Part shown: positions 46,449 through 55,667 of the stretch, piece after piece | How the letters are laid out: each line of letters opens with the position of its first letter | How positions within the stretch are numbered: position 1 is the first letter of the stretch | Notes under the pieces: generated by a model | The model's input: the letters and a program-made list of their open reading frames with translations, nothing else | Database searches by the model: none | What the model was told of the DNA's origin: nothing | Origin: an uncultured Thermoleophilia bacterium | GTDB lineage: Bacteria; Actinomycetota; Thermoleophilia; Gaiellales; F1-60-MAGs149 | Length of the DNA: 64,000 nt | Assembly: GCA_963800515.1 (NCBI GenBank) | Contig: CAWDBC010000001.1 | Coordinates: 310,010 to 374,009, forward strand | Reading direction: 5' to 3' | Position numbers and translations under genes: made by a program

Positions 46449-48127
46449 CACGCCTGCTCCTCGTATCCGTAGACTGCCTTCGCCGTGTCCGGGGTGACGT
46501 GCCGGTCGCGGACGTCCCGGCCGACCCGCGCCGGATCGCGCTCCGCGGGATCTCCATACCCGCCGCCGCCCCCGGTCAACATCCGGATCACGTCCCCCTC
46601 GACGAGCGGGAGCCGGCTGGCCTTGAGCAGCCGGCGCTCGTCCTCCCGGCCGGGGTTGAGGATCACGATCGGCGGCACGGCGGCGTCGCCGCCGAAGATC
46701 CCCCAGGCCGGCGTCCGCGATCGCTCGAACCAGAGCGAGAGCTCGGCCCACGGGCCGTCCAGGGTGAGCTCGCGGACGATGCCGTTGCCGCCCCGGAAGC
46801 GGCCGGCCCCGCCGGTGTCGGCGCGGAACCCGTACTCGGTGACGCGCATCGGGTACTTCGTCTCCAGGACCTCGATCGGCAGGTCCTTGAGCGAGCCGTT
46901 GACGTTGTTGATGAGGCCGCTCTCGCCGTCGCCGCCGTCCCAGCCGCCCCAGCCGCCCACGTTCGGCTCGATGTCGATCCACGGCGTGTCCGAGCGATGG
47001 TCCTGGCCGGCGATCACGATCACCATCGAGTCGCCGTAGCTCGCGCCCGCGGCCGCCTCCGGCAGCACCGGAGCGAGGGCGCGCACGACGAGGTCGATCA
47101 GGAGGCCGAGCGGGGTGAAGTACCACTGGCAGGGCGACGGCGGCTGAGCGCCGAGGAGCGAGCCCGGGCGGACCCGCACCTGGAGCGGCCGGAAGGCGCC
47201 CCCGTTCGGCGGGTTCAGCGGGTTGATCAGGAGCTTGTAGGCGACGCGGCAGGCCGAGATCGCCTGCGCCTCGCCGCAGTTGACCGGGCCGCGCTGCGCG
47301 TCGTCGGTCCCCGTCAGGTCGATCGTGACCTCCTCGCCCGCGACGGTGACCTCGAGGCGGACCCAGCACGGAGGGCCGCCGAGCCCGTCGTCGTCGAGGC
47401 ATCCCTCCGCGCCGTAGGTGCCGTCCGGGATCGCCGCCACCGCCGCGCGCTCGAGGCGCTCGGTCTGCGCGAAGATCTCGTCGCGGGCGACGCGGATGGT
47501 GGCGAGGCCGTAGCGGGCGACGATCGCGCGCAGCCGCGCCTGGCCGGTGTTGATGCAGGCGATCTGCGCGCCGAGGTCGCCGATCGCCGGGTAGGAGAAG
47601 CGGCTGTTGCGGCCGAGGAGGTCGGTCACGTCCGGCCGCTGGACGCCGCCCTCGACGATCCGCAGGGGCGGGACCCGGATCCCCTCCTGGTAGATGTCCG
47701 TGGAGTCCATCGGGCCGCCGGGATCCTTGGCGCCGACGTCGAGCCAGTGCGCCCGGCAGGCGGCGAACCCGATCAGCTCGTCGTCGTGGAAGACCGGCCC
47801 GAACGTCGTCATGTCGTTCAGGTGGGTTCCCGTCAGGTACGAGTCGTTCATGATCCAGACGTCGCCGGGGCGCCAGACGTCGCGGCCGTAGGTGTCCTCG
47901 GTCAGCCGGGTGCACACCTCGAGGTTGCCCAGGAAGATCGGCAGCCCGGCCGACTGCCCGAGCACGCGGTGCTCCTCGTCGAGGAGGGCGACCGAGCAGT
48001 CCTTCATCTCGTAGATGACGGGTGTGTAGGCCGAGCGGATGAGCGTCGCGTTCATCTCGTCCGCCGCCGCCGTGAACGCGCTGCGGATGATCTCGGTGGT
48101 GATCGCGTTGATCTCGGTCACGGCCAT
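46448..48127 (-). CDS. hyuB: Hydantoinase B/oxoprolinase family protein (copy 2), intact
   Basis: 559 aa. The N-terminus reads 'INAITTEIIRSAFTAAADEMNATLIRSAYTPVIYEMKDCSVALLD'. The start overlaps the hyuA-2 stop (TGATG). Confidence 0.9.
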   Translation of the reverse strand: MAVTEINAITTEIIRSAFTAAADEMNATLIRSAYTPVIYEMKDCSVALLDEEHRVLGQSAGLPIFLGNLEVCTRLTEDTYGRDVWRPGDVWIMNDSYLTGTHLNDMTTFGPVFHDDELIGFAACRAHWLDVGAKDPGGPMDSTDIYQEGIRVPPLRIVEGGVQRPDVTDLLGRNSRFSYPAIGDLGAQIACINTGQARLRAIVARYGLATIRVARDEIFAQTERLERAAVAAIPDGTYGAEGCLDDDGLGGPPCWVRLEVTVAGEEVTIDLTGTDDAQRGPVNCGEAQAISACRVAYKLLINPLNPPNGGAFRPLQVRVRPGSLLGAQPPSPCQWYFTPLGLLIDLVVRALAPVLPEAAAGASYGDSMVIVIAGQDHRSDTPWIDIEPNVGGWGGWDGGDGESGLINNVNGSLKDLPIEVLETKYPMRVTEYGFRADTGGAGRFRGGNGIVRELTLDGPWAELSLWFERSRTPAWGIFGGDAAVPPIVILNPGREDERRLLKASRLPLVEGDVIRMLTGGGGGYGDPAERDPARVGRDVRDRHVTPDTAKAVYGYEEQA

Positions 48128-50167
48128 CACGACACCTGCCCGACGGAGAGGACGAGGACCCCGTGCTCGTCGAGCGCGACCTCGCAGCCGGGCGGCACGA
48201 CGGTCGTCGCCGTCGCCTCCTCGATCACGGCCGGGCCGGCCACCGCCACGTCGGGGCGCAGGTCGTCGCGCCGGACGATCGCCGCCGTGCGCGCGGCGCC
48301 GTCGACGACGACCGGCCGCTCGGTCACGGGATGGCTGCCGGGCATCGGCTCGAGGCGCTCCGGCTCGACGCGGCCGAGGTCGCCGAAGCCGGTCGAGCGG
48401 GCGACGACGAGCTCGAGCGGCGCGCCGGGATTGTTGTGCCCGAACCGCTCCAGGTGGGCGTCGTGGAAGCGCCGCGAGAACCGCTCGTCGAACGCGTCCT
48501 CCACCGGCTCGCCGGCCGAGAGGACCGGGATCTGCAGGGTGTACTCCTGACCCACGTAGCGGACGTCGAGCGAGGTGCTCGACCCGCCCGACCTCGCCGG
48601 GGATCCCCTCCTCGTCGAGCGCCGCGAACGCCTCCGCCTCGGCCTCCTCGAGGGTGGCGGCGAGCGCGGCCGGGTCGATGCGGAGGAGCTCGCCGACGAA
48701 CGGGCGCGAGAAGTCCTTGCGGATCTCGGTCTCGAGCATGCCCCAGGCGGAGAACGCGCCCGGGAACCGCGGCACGATCACCTCGGCGATCTCGAGCTCG
48801 CGGGCGAGGAAGGCCGCGTGCATGGGTCCGGCCCCGCCGAAGGCGACGAGCGCGAAGTCCCGCGGCTCGATGCCCTTCTCGACCGTCAGGGTGCGGATCG
48901 CCTGGGCCATCCGGGCGTTGACCACGTCGCAGATGCCCTCGGCGAGCGCCGTCGGCTCGAGGCCGAGCTCCACGGCGAGGCCCGCCATCGCGGCCTCCGC
49001 GGCGGGGACGTCGAGGACCATCTGCCCGCCCGCGAACGCCGCGGCGTCGACGCGCCCGAGCAGCAGGTTCGCGTCGGTGACCGTCGGGCGGGTGCCGCCC
49101 CGGCCGTAGCAGGCGGGCCCGGGATCGGCGCCCGCGCTCTCGGGACCGACGCGCAGTCCACCGGCCTCGGCGTAGGCGACGGAGCCGCCCCCGGCGCCGA
49201 CCGTGTGGATGTCGACCACGCTCATCAGGAGCGGGAAGCCCTCGAGGGTCGCCTCCGACGACACGTCGGGCTTGCCGTGGACGACGAGCGAGACGTCGAA
49301 GCTCGTGCCGCCCATGTCGATGCAGATGAGGTTCGGCCGGCCGAGCTGACGGGCGAGCGCCACGCCCCCCATCGTCCCGCCGACCGGGCCGGAGAGGAGC
49401 GTCTGCAGGGACTGCCGGCGGGCCGAGGCGGCCGTGACGATGCCGCCGCTCGACTGCATCACGTGCAGCGGGACGGCGAGGCCGCGGTCGACGAGCTCGC
49501 TCTCGAGCCGGTCGAGGTAGCGGCGCACGATCGGCGAGGTGTACGCGTCGACCACGGTGGACGACGTCCGCTCGTACTCGCGCCACTCGCGGGCGACCCG
49601 GTGCGAGAGCGAGACGGGCATCGATCCGAGCTCGTCGCGGAGGATGGCCTCGGCGGCCAGCTCGTGCTCGGCGTTCAGGTACGAGAAGAGGAACGCGACC
49701 GCGACGGCGCCGAACCCCTCGTCCTGCGCGCGCCGCGCGGCGCGGCGGATCGCGGCCTCGTCGAGCGGCGCGAGCTCGTGCCCGGCGGAGTCGAGCCGGC
49801 CGCCGATCTCGACGATGTCCGCGCGCGGGACGAGCGGCTCCGGCTTGCGGAAGTGGATGTCGTAGAGGCGGCTGCGGTTGCCCCGCGCGATGTGGTAGAC
49901 GTCGCCGGCGCCGGCGGTCGCGAGGAGCAGGACACGCTCGCCGCGGCGCTGGAGGAAGCTGTTCAGGCCCTGGGTCGTGCCGTGCACGGCGAACTGGACC
50001 TCCCCGATCCGCTCGACGACCTGGGCCAGGCCGCTGAGGACGCCGGAGGTCAGGTCCGCGGGGGTCGTCGAGGCCTTGCCGACCGAATAGGTGCCGGTGG
50101 TCTCGTCGTAGGCGACGACGTCGGTGAACGTGCCGCCGATGTCGGCGGAGACGCGACGCCGGGTCAC
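48127..50167 (-). pseudogene. hyuA: Hydantoinase A/oxoprolinase family gene (copy 2), 1 frame disruption
   Basis: 'MTRRRVSADIGGTFTDVVAY...' stays in frame to about 48575. The C-terminus 'SLDVRYVGQEYTLQIPV...' continues in track ORF 48127..48555. Length mod 3 is 1, consistent with one extra base in 'gagcacCtcgctc'. Confidence 0.85.
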
Positions 50168-50243
50168 GACGCGTCCTCGGCGCGGCGGAGGGCGGTTCCT
50201 CCCCGCTCGGGCGAACGTCGCCCGAGCCGGAATCCGGGGCCGA

Positions 50244-50570
50244 TCATTCCGCGCCCGCCCCGACCGCGAGGACGAGCTCGTAGGTCTCTCCCCTGGTCGT
50301 CTCGCCGAACTCGCCCTCGAGCAGCGCGGCGAGCTCGTCCGTGCCCTGCGAGCGGGCCGGGTTGGCGATCCAGCCGTCGTACGCCGCCCGGTCGCGCCAC
50401 GTCGCGGTGACCAGGAGCGGCGCTCCCGGCGTGCTCGGCACCTGGAGCTCCGAGGCGAGGCATCCGTCCTGCCGGAGTGCCGTCTCGAGGATCGAGAGGC
50501 GCCGGTACAGCGCGATGACGGCGTCCGCCATCCCCTCCCTGACCGGCAGATAGAGCACGCTCCTGACCAC
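50244..50570 (-). CDS. ABM-like (antibiotic biosynthesis monooxygenase fold) small protein
   Basis: 108 aa starting at GTG 50570, with RBS caggag 8 nt upstream. The sequence 'SVLYLPVREGMADAVIALYRR...LVTATWRDRAAYDGW' is typical of the ferredoxin-like ABM fold. Confidence 0.55.
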   Translation of the reverse strand: MVRSVLYLPVREGMADAVIALYRRLSILETALRQDGCLASELQVPSTPGAPLLVTATWRDRAAYDGWIANPARSQGTDELAALLEGEFGETTRGETYELVLAVGAGAE

Positions 50571-50613
50571 GTCCCACACTCCTGATGGCCCGCTCGGATT
50601 CCTGCGGGAACGA

Positions 50614-50641
50614 AGTATCCACAACCTCACCGGAATTTCAA
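50614..50641 (-). promoter_or_regulatory. Candidate promoter for the ABM/hydantoinase operon (TTGAAA-N16-GATACT)
   Basis: The minus strand reads ttgaaa-ttccggtgaggttgtg-gatact, within the AT-richer divergent intergenic region 50571-50679. Confidence 0.35.
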
Positions 50642-50642
50642 G

Positions 50643-50672
50643 TTGCGGATCGGCGGCGCTGGTCGGTACGAT
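50643..50672 (+). promoter_or_regulatory. Candidate promoter giving a leaderless XRE transcript (TTGCGG-N18-TACGAT-N7-ATG)
   Basis: ttgcgg lies at 50643-48 and tacgat at 50667-72. ATG 50680 follows 7 nt after the -10, and there is no Shine-Dalgarno sequence. Confidence 0.45.
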
Positions 50673-50679
50673 CCCGCCG

Positions 50680-51237
50680 ATGGACAGCGTCATCGCGAAC
50701 GTCGGCCGCCAGATCCGCACGCTGCGGGAGGCGCGCGGCGTCACGCTCGGGGCGCTGGCGGACGACACGGGCTACTCGGCCAGCTACCTGGGCCAGGTGG
50801 AGAGCGGCGCCGCGATCCCCGGCCTCAGCGTCCTCGCGACGCTGGCCGCCGCCCTCGACACGGACGCGACGGCGTTCTTCCCGCGCGAGGACGGGAGCCC
50901 CGTCCACGTCGTCCGCGCGGGCGACCCGCACAAGCTGCGCGTGGCGCCGAACGCCTCCGAGGAGTACGTGATCCTCAGCGAGCGCGATCCGGACGCGTCC
51001 TTCTCCGCGCTGACGCACCGGATCTTCCCGGCCATGGAGGTGACGCGGATCCGCCACGTCGGCGAGCGGTTCGCGCTCGTCCTGGACGGATCCGTCACGC
51101 TGACGATCAGCGGCGAGGCGTTCGACCTGCGGGCCGGGGACACGATCCACTACGCGTCCCATCCCGAGCACAACCTCCGGGTCACGTCGAACGGGCCCGC
51201 CGAGATCCTCTGGTTCGTCAGTCCGGCGATCATCTGA
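50680..51237 (+). CDS. XRE-family HTH regulator with C-terminal cupin domain (copy 1)
   Basis: 185 aa. The HTH reads 'IRTLREARGVTLGALADDTGYSASYLGQVESG'. The cupin region reads 'HVGERFALVLDGSVTLTISGEAFDLRAGDTIHY'. Confidence 0.85.
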   Translation: MDSVIANVGRQIRTLREARGVTLGALADDTGYSASYLGQVESGAAIPGLSVLATLAAALDTDATAFFPREDGSPVHVVRAGDPHKLRVAPNASEEYVILSERDPDASFSALTHRIFPAMEVTRIRHVGERFALVLDGSVTLTISGEAFDLRAGDTIHYASHPEHNLRVTSNGPAEILWFVSPAII

Positions 51238-51806
51238 TGGCCGGGCTCGACACGATCGCCGCCGGCGACACCCTCGCGCGCCGGCTCGGCGAGAGGATCC
51301 GGAGCCGTCGCAAGGAGCTCGGTCGGACCCTCGCCGACGTCGCCGGCGAGGCGGCGGTCTCCGTCTCGTTCCTGTCCGCCGTCGAGAAGGGGACGAACCA
51401 GCCGTCGCTGGCGGTGCTCGTCCGCGTCGTCCACGCCCTCGGCCTCTCGATCGCCGACGTGCTCCACTCGGAGGGGCAGAACCTCGCCCTCCTCGACGGG
51501 ATCGACCTCGACGCCGCCGGGACGCGCTCGCTCGGCCACCCGAAGCTCCGGCTCGCCGTCGTCGTGCAGGGATCGGAGCCCGGCGGCGCGGGCGACGCTC
51601 CGGTGCCGCTGGGCGAGCGCGACCTCTGCGTCGTCGTCCGCCGCGGCACCCTGGACCTGGAGGTCGACGGCGCGCGCTACGAGCTGCGGCCCGGCGACTC
51701 CCTCTCCGCCCGCGCGCCGGGCACGGTCTCCTGGTCGAACCCGGGCGACGAGCTCGCCGTCTCGATCTGGGCGTCCGGCATGCCCCGCGCCTCCCGGGGC
51801 CGCTGA
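51237..51806 (+). CDS. XRE-family HTH regulator with C-terminal cupin domain (copy 2)
   Basis: 189 aa. The ATG overlaps the previous stop (TGATG). The HTH reads 'IRSRRKELGRTLADVAGEAAVSVSFLSAVEKG'. The cupin region reads 'LDLEVDGARYELRPGDSL'. Confidence 0.8.
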   Translation: MAGLDTIAAGDTLARRLGERIRSRRKELGRTLADVAGEAAVSVSFLSAVEKGTNQPSLAVLVRVVHALGLSIADVLHSEGQNLALLDGIDLDAAGTRSLGHPKLRLAVVVQGSEPGGAGDAPVPLGERDLCVVVRRGTLDLEVDGARYELRPGDSLSARAPGTVSWSNPGDELAVSIWASGMPRASRGR

Positions 51807-51828
51807 GGCCGGGCGGGACGGGATCGCG

Positions 51829-53568
51829 ATGAAGCCACACGGGGCGGAGGCGTCCGCCGGGCCGGACCCGATCACGCTCGAGATCATCCAGAACGCGCTG
51901 CAGGCGATCAGCGACGAGATGTTCGCCTCGATGCGGAAGACCGCGATGAGCGCGATCATCTACGAGGTCCTCGACATGGGGACGGGGATCACCGACGGCC
52001 GCGGCGACCTCGCCGCCTCCGGCGCGGGCATCCCCGGCTTCGTCGGCGTGCTCGACAAGGCGGTGCAGGCGATCCTCGCCGCCAACGTCGGCCGCGACGC
52101 CCCCCGCCCCGGTGACGTCTTCGTGACCAACGACCCCTTCCACGGCGGGGTCACCCACCTGAACGACGTCGTGATCGCGATGCCGGTGTTCGCCGACGGG
52201 ATCCTGGTCGCCTGGGCGGCGAACATCGCCCACTGGAACGACGTCGGCGGGATGGTCCCCGGCTCGATCTCGAACGACGCGACCGAGATCTTCCAGGAGG
52301 GGCTGCGCCTGCCGGCGGTCCGGCTGATCGCGGAGGGTGAGCCGATCCGGTCCGTGTTCGAGATCATGACCACGAACAGCCGCCTCCCGGACTTCCTGCT
52401 CGGCGACCTGTGGGCGGGGGTCGCCGCCGCCCGGCTCGGCGAGCGGCGGATCCTCGAGGTGGTGGCGCGGTACGGGGTCGACACCTTCCGCACGGCCGTG
52501 GCCACCTTCCTCGACCAGGGCGAGCAGGTCTCCCGACGGGCCCTCCGCGAGCTGCCGCACGGCCGCTTCGAGCTCGCCGAGGAGCAGGACGACGGATCGG
52601 TCTACCGGGTCGCCGTGGAGATCTCCGACGGCGCCTTCGTCGTCGACCTGCGCGACAACCCGGATCAGGATCCGGGCCCCATGAACATCAGCCGCGACGC
52701 CGCGATGATCGCCGCCCAGATGCTCTTCAAGAGCATCACGGACCCCGACCGGGCGGCCAACGCGGGAACGTTCCGGCCGGTCACCCTGCTCGTGCGGGAG
52801 GGCTCCGTCTTCGACGCGAGGAGCCCCGCCGCCTTCGCCTTCTACTCCGAGGTCCGGATCCGCCTCTACGACCTGATCTGGCACTGCCTGGCGCCCGCCC
52901 TCGGGGATCGGCTCCCCGCCGGCCACTTCGCGTCCATCTGCGGCACCTTCATCGGCGGGCCCCACCCCGACTCGGGGCGCCACTTCACGATCGTCGAGCC
53001 GCAGATCGGCGGCTGGGGCGGGTCCCGCGTCGCCGACGGGAACACGGCGATGTTCAGCAGCGCCCACGGGGACACGTTCAACTGCCCGGCCGAGGTCGCC
53101 GAGGCCCGCTACGGCCTCGACGTCGATCAGCTGGCGATCAACGAGGGGCCGGGCGGAGAGGGGCTCCACCGGGGCGGCAAGGGGATCGTCCTCGACTACC
53201 GGGCACGCTCGGACGGCCTCTTCCTCACCTGCGCCTACACCCGGAGCCGACACCCGCCGTGGCCGCTCGACGGGGGTCGCGAGGGATCGCCGAACTACGT
53301 GGAGATCCTCCGCGCGGACGGCTCGCGCGAGGAGCACGCGCGGGTCACCGGGCTCGCGATCAACGCCGGCGACGTGATCCGGATCCACACCGGCAACGGG
53401 GCCGGCCACGGCGATCCCCGCCTCCGCCCCCGCCGGCTCGTGCTCGAGGACCTCAGGCAGGGCCTCCTGACGCCCGAGCGTGCCTCCGCCGTCTACCACC
53501 TGGAGGACGGGGTCGCCGCGACGGCGCCCGAGCCGGGCCTGCCCGCCGGGCCGGGGACGAGCCCGTGA
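51829..53568 (+). CDS. hyuB: Hydantoinase B/oxoprolinase family protein (copy 3), intact
   Basis: 579 aa. The N-terminus reads 'DPITLEIIQNALQAISDEMFASMRKTAMSAIIYEVLDMGTGITD'. Confidence 0.9.
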   Translation: MKPHGAEASAGPDPITLEIIQNALQAISDEMFASMRKTAMSAIIYEVLDMGTGITDGRGDLAASGAGIPGFVGVLDKAVQAILAANVGRDAPRPGDVFVTNDPFHGGVTHLNDVVIAMPVFADGILVAWAANIAHWNDVGGMVPGSISNDATEIFQEGLRLPAVRLIAEGEPIRSVFEIMTTNSRLPDFLLGDLWAGVAAARLGERRILEVVARYGVDTFRTAVATFLDQGEQVSRRALRELPHGRFELAEEQDDGSVYRVAVEISDGAFVVDLRDNPDQDPGPMNISRDAAMIAAQMLFKSITDPDRAANAGTFRPVTLLVREGSVFDARSPAAFAFYSEVRIRLYDLIWHCLAPALGDRLPAGHFASICGTFIGGPHPDSGRHFTIVEPQIGGWGGSRVADGNTAMFSSAHGDTFNCPAEVAEARYGLDVDQLAINEGPGGEGLHRGGKGIVLDYRARSDGLFLTCAYTRSRHPPWPLDGGREGSPNYVEILRADGSREEHARVTGLAINAGDVIRIHTGNGAGHGDPRLRPRRLVLEDLRQGLLTPERASAVYHLEDGVAATAPEPGLPAGPGTSP

Positions 53569-55667
53569 CGACGGGTCGGACGATCCGCGCCGCCGTCGAC
53601 GTCGGCGGCACCTTCACCGACCTCGTCTCCTTCTCGACGGAGCCGGCGGGCGGGGCGCAGGCGATCGTCACCGCCAAGTCGGACACGACGCCGCCCGCGT
53701 TCGAGCAGGGCGTCATGGACGTGCTCGGCAAGAGCGGCGTCGCCATCCCGGAGATCGCGTTCCTCGCCCACGGCACGACGGTCGTGATCAACGCGCTGAC
53801 CGAGCGCAAGGGCGTCCGGACCGGGCTGATCACGACCCGCGGCTTCCGGGACTCGCTGGAGATCGCGCGCGGCAACCGGCCGGACTTCTTCAACGTCAAC
53901 TACGTCAAGCCGCCGCCCTTCGTTCCGCGCTACCTGCGCCGCGAGGTGCCGGGCCGGATGGACTACCGCGGCCGGGAGCGCATCCCGCTCGACCTGTCCG
54001 GCCTCGAGGAGCTCCTCGCCGACTTCCGCCGCGAGGGCGTCGAGGCCGTCGCCATCTGCCTCCTCCACGCCTACGCGAACCCCGCCCACGAGGAGGCGGT
54101 CCTGGCCGGGGTCCGGGAGCTCTGGCCGGAGGTGTCCGTGGTCGCCTCGCACCAGATCACGCGCGAGTGGCGGGAGTACGAGCGGTCGAGCACGACCGCG
54201 CTCTCCGCCTACGTGCAGCCCGTGGCCGAGCGCTACCTGGGGCGCCTGGCCCGGGCTCGTCCAGGCCGGCGGGTTCGACGGCCGGCTCTACATCATGCAG
54301 TCGAACTGCGGCGTGGAGTCGCTCGCCCGGACGAGCGAGGTGCCGATCACCATGGTCGAGTCGGGTCCCGCGAGCGGCTTCTGGGGCGCCGCCGAGCTGG
54401 GCCGGCTGATCGGCGAGCCGGACATCCTCGCCCTCGACATCGGCGGCACGACGGCGAAGTGCTCGCTCATCGAGGGCGGACGGGTCCGGATCATGACCGA
54501 CTACTGGATCGAGCGCAGTCGGACCTCGGCGGGGTACCCGATCATGGTGCCGGTCGTCGACCTGGTCGAGATCGGGGCGGCGGCGGCAGCATCGCGTGCG
54601 TCGACGACGTCGGCAAGCTCCGTGTCGGCCCGCGCTCCGCGGGGGCGGTGCCGGGCCCGGCCGCCTACGGGCGCGGCGGCACGTCGGCGACGACGACCGA
54701 CGCGAATCTGGCGCTCGGACGGATCAATGCCGACTTCTTCTGCGGCGGTGAGGTCGAGGCGGACATGGCGGCGGTGGACCGGGCGCTGGGCGAGCTCGCC
54801 GCTCGCCGCGGCGGCGACGCCCGGGCCGCGGCCCGCGGGATCGTCCGGATCGCCAACGACAACATGGTCAACGCCCTCAAGCTCGTCTCGCTCAACCGCG
54901 GCTACGACCCGCGCGACTTCACGCTCGTCGCATTCGGCGGGGGCGGTGGCATGCACGCGGTCGCGCTCGCGTCCGAGCTCGGCATCCGCAAGGTCGTGGT
55001 GCCGCGCGCCGCCGACGTGTTCTCGGCCTGGGGCATGCTGATGAGCGACCTGCGCCGCGACGTCTTCGTAACCCGCGTGATCGCGCTCCGCGAGGAGGAG
55101 GCGGGGGCGATCGGCGACCTGCTGGAGGAGGTCTCCCGCGCTGCCCTGGGGCACTTCGCGGCCGAGGCGATCCCCGCCGGCGAGGTCCGGATCGAGCGGT
55201 ACGGCAACCTGCGGTACGCGAACCAGGAGCACACCGTCGAGGTCCCGCTTCCCGACGGCCCGATCGACGACGCCGCCGTGGCGACGATCGCGAGCGCCTT
55301 CCACGCAGCGTACGAGCGCGAGTACACGTACCGGCTCGACGCTCCCGTCGAGTTCGTCGGGGTCCACGTCGTCGCGACGGCGGAGGTCGGCAAGCTGGCG
55401 CCGGCCGCGCTTCCCTCGACCGGTCGCGCCCCGGCGGAGGCGATCAAGGGACGGCGCGACGTCGACTACGCGGACGACGGCGAGCATCCGGCCGACGTCT
55501 ACGACGGCGACCTGCTCGAGCCCGGCATGCGGTTCCCGGGCCCGGCGGTCGTCGAGACGAAGGGCACGACGACCGTGATCCATCCGGGGAACCGCGTGAC
55601 GGTGGACAGGTACGGGAACCTCGTGATCCGGCTCGGCGACGCGGCGGACAAGGGGGCGCCGGCATGA
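53565..55667 (+). pseudogene. hyuA: Hydantoinase A/oxoprolinase family gene (copy 3) with a +1/-1 compensating frameshift pair
   Basis: It starts at a GTGA overlap. The N- and C-terminal parts are in frame 0. The conserved core 'MQSNCGVES...ESGPASG...LDIGGTTAKCSLIEGG' (track ORF 54295..55041) is in frame 1. Breaks lie near 54254 (extra g) and 54580 (missing g). The total length is a multiple of 3, and frame 0 stays open throughout. Confidence 0.85.

Noticed and set aside
39578-55667. Programmed ribosomal frameshifting or transcriptional slippage as an explanation for the broken hyuA, permease and ATPase frames.
   Set aside because: The break sites share no slippery heptamer or common motif. 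They go in both the +1 and -1 directions, and up to 7 occur in one gene. This fits mutation or sequence error, not a programmed event.
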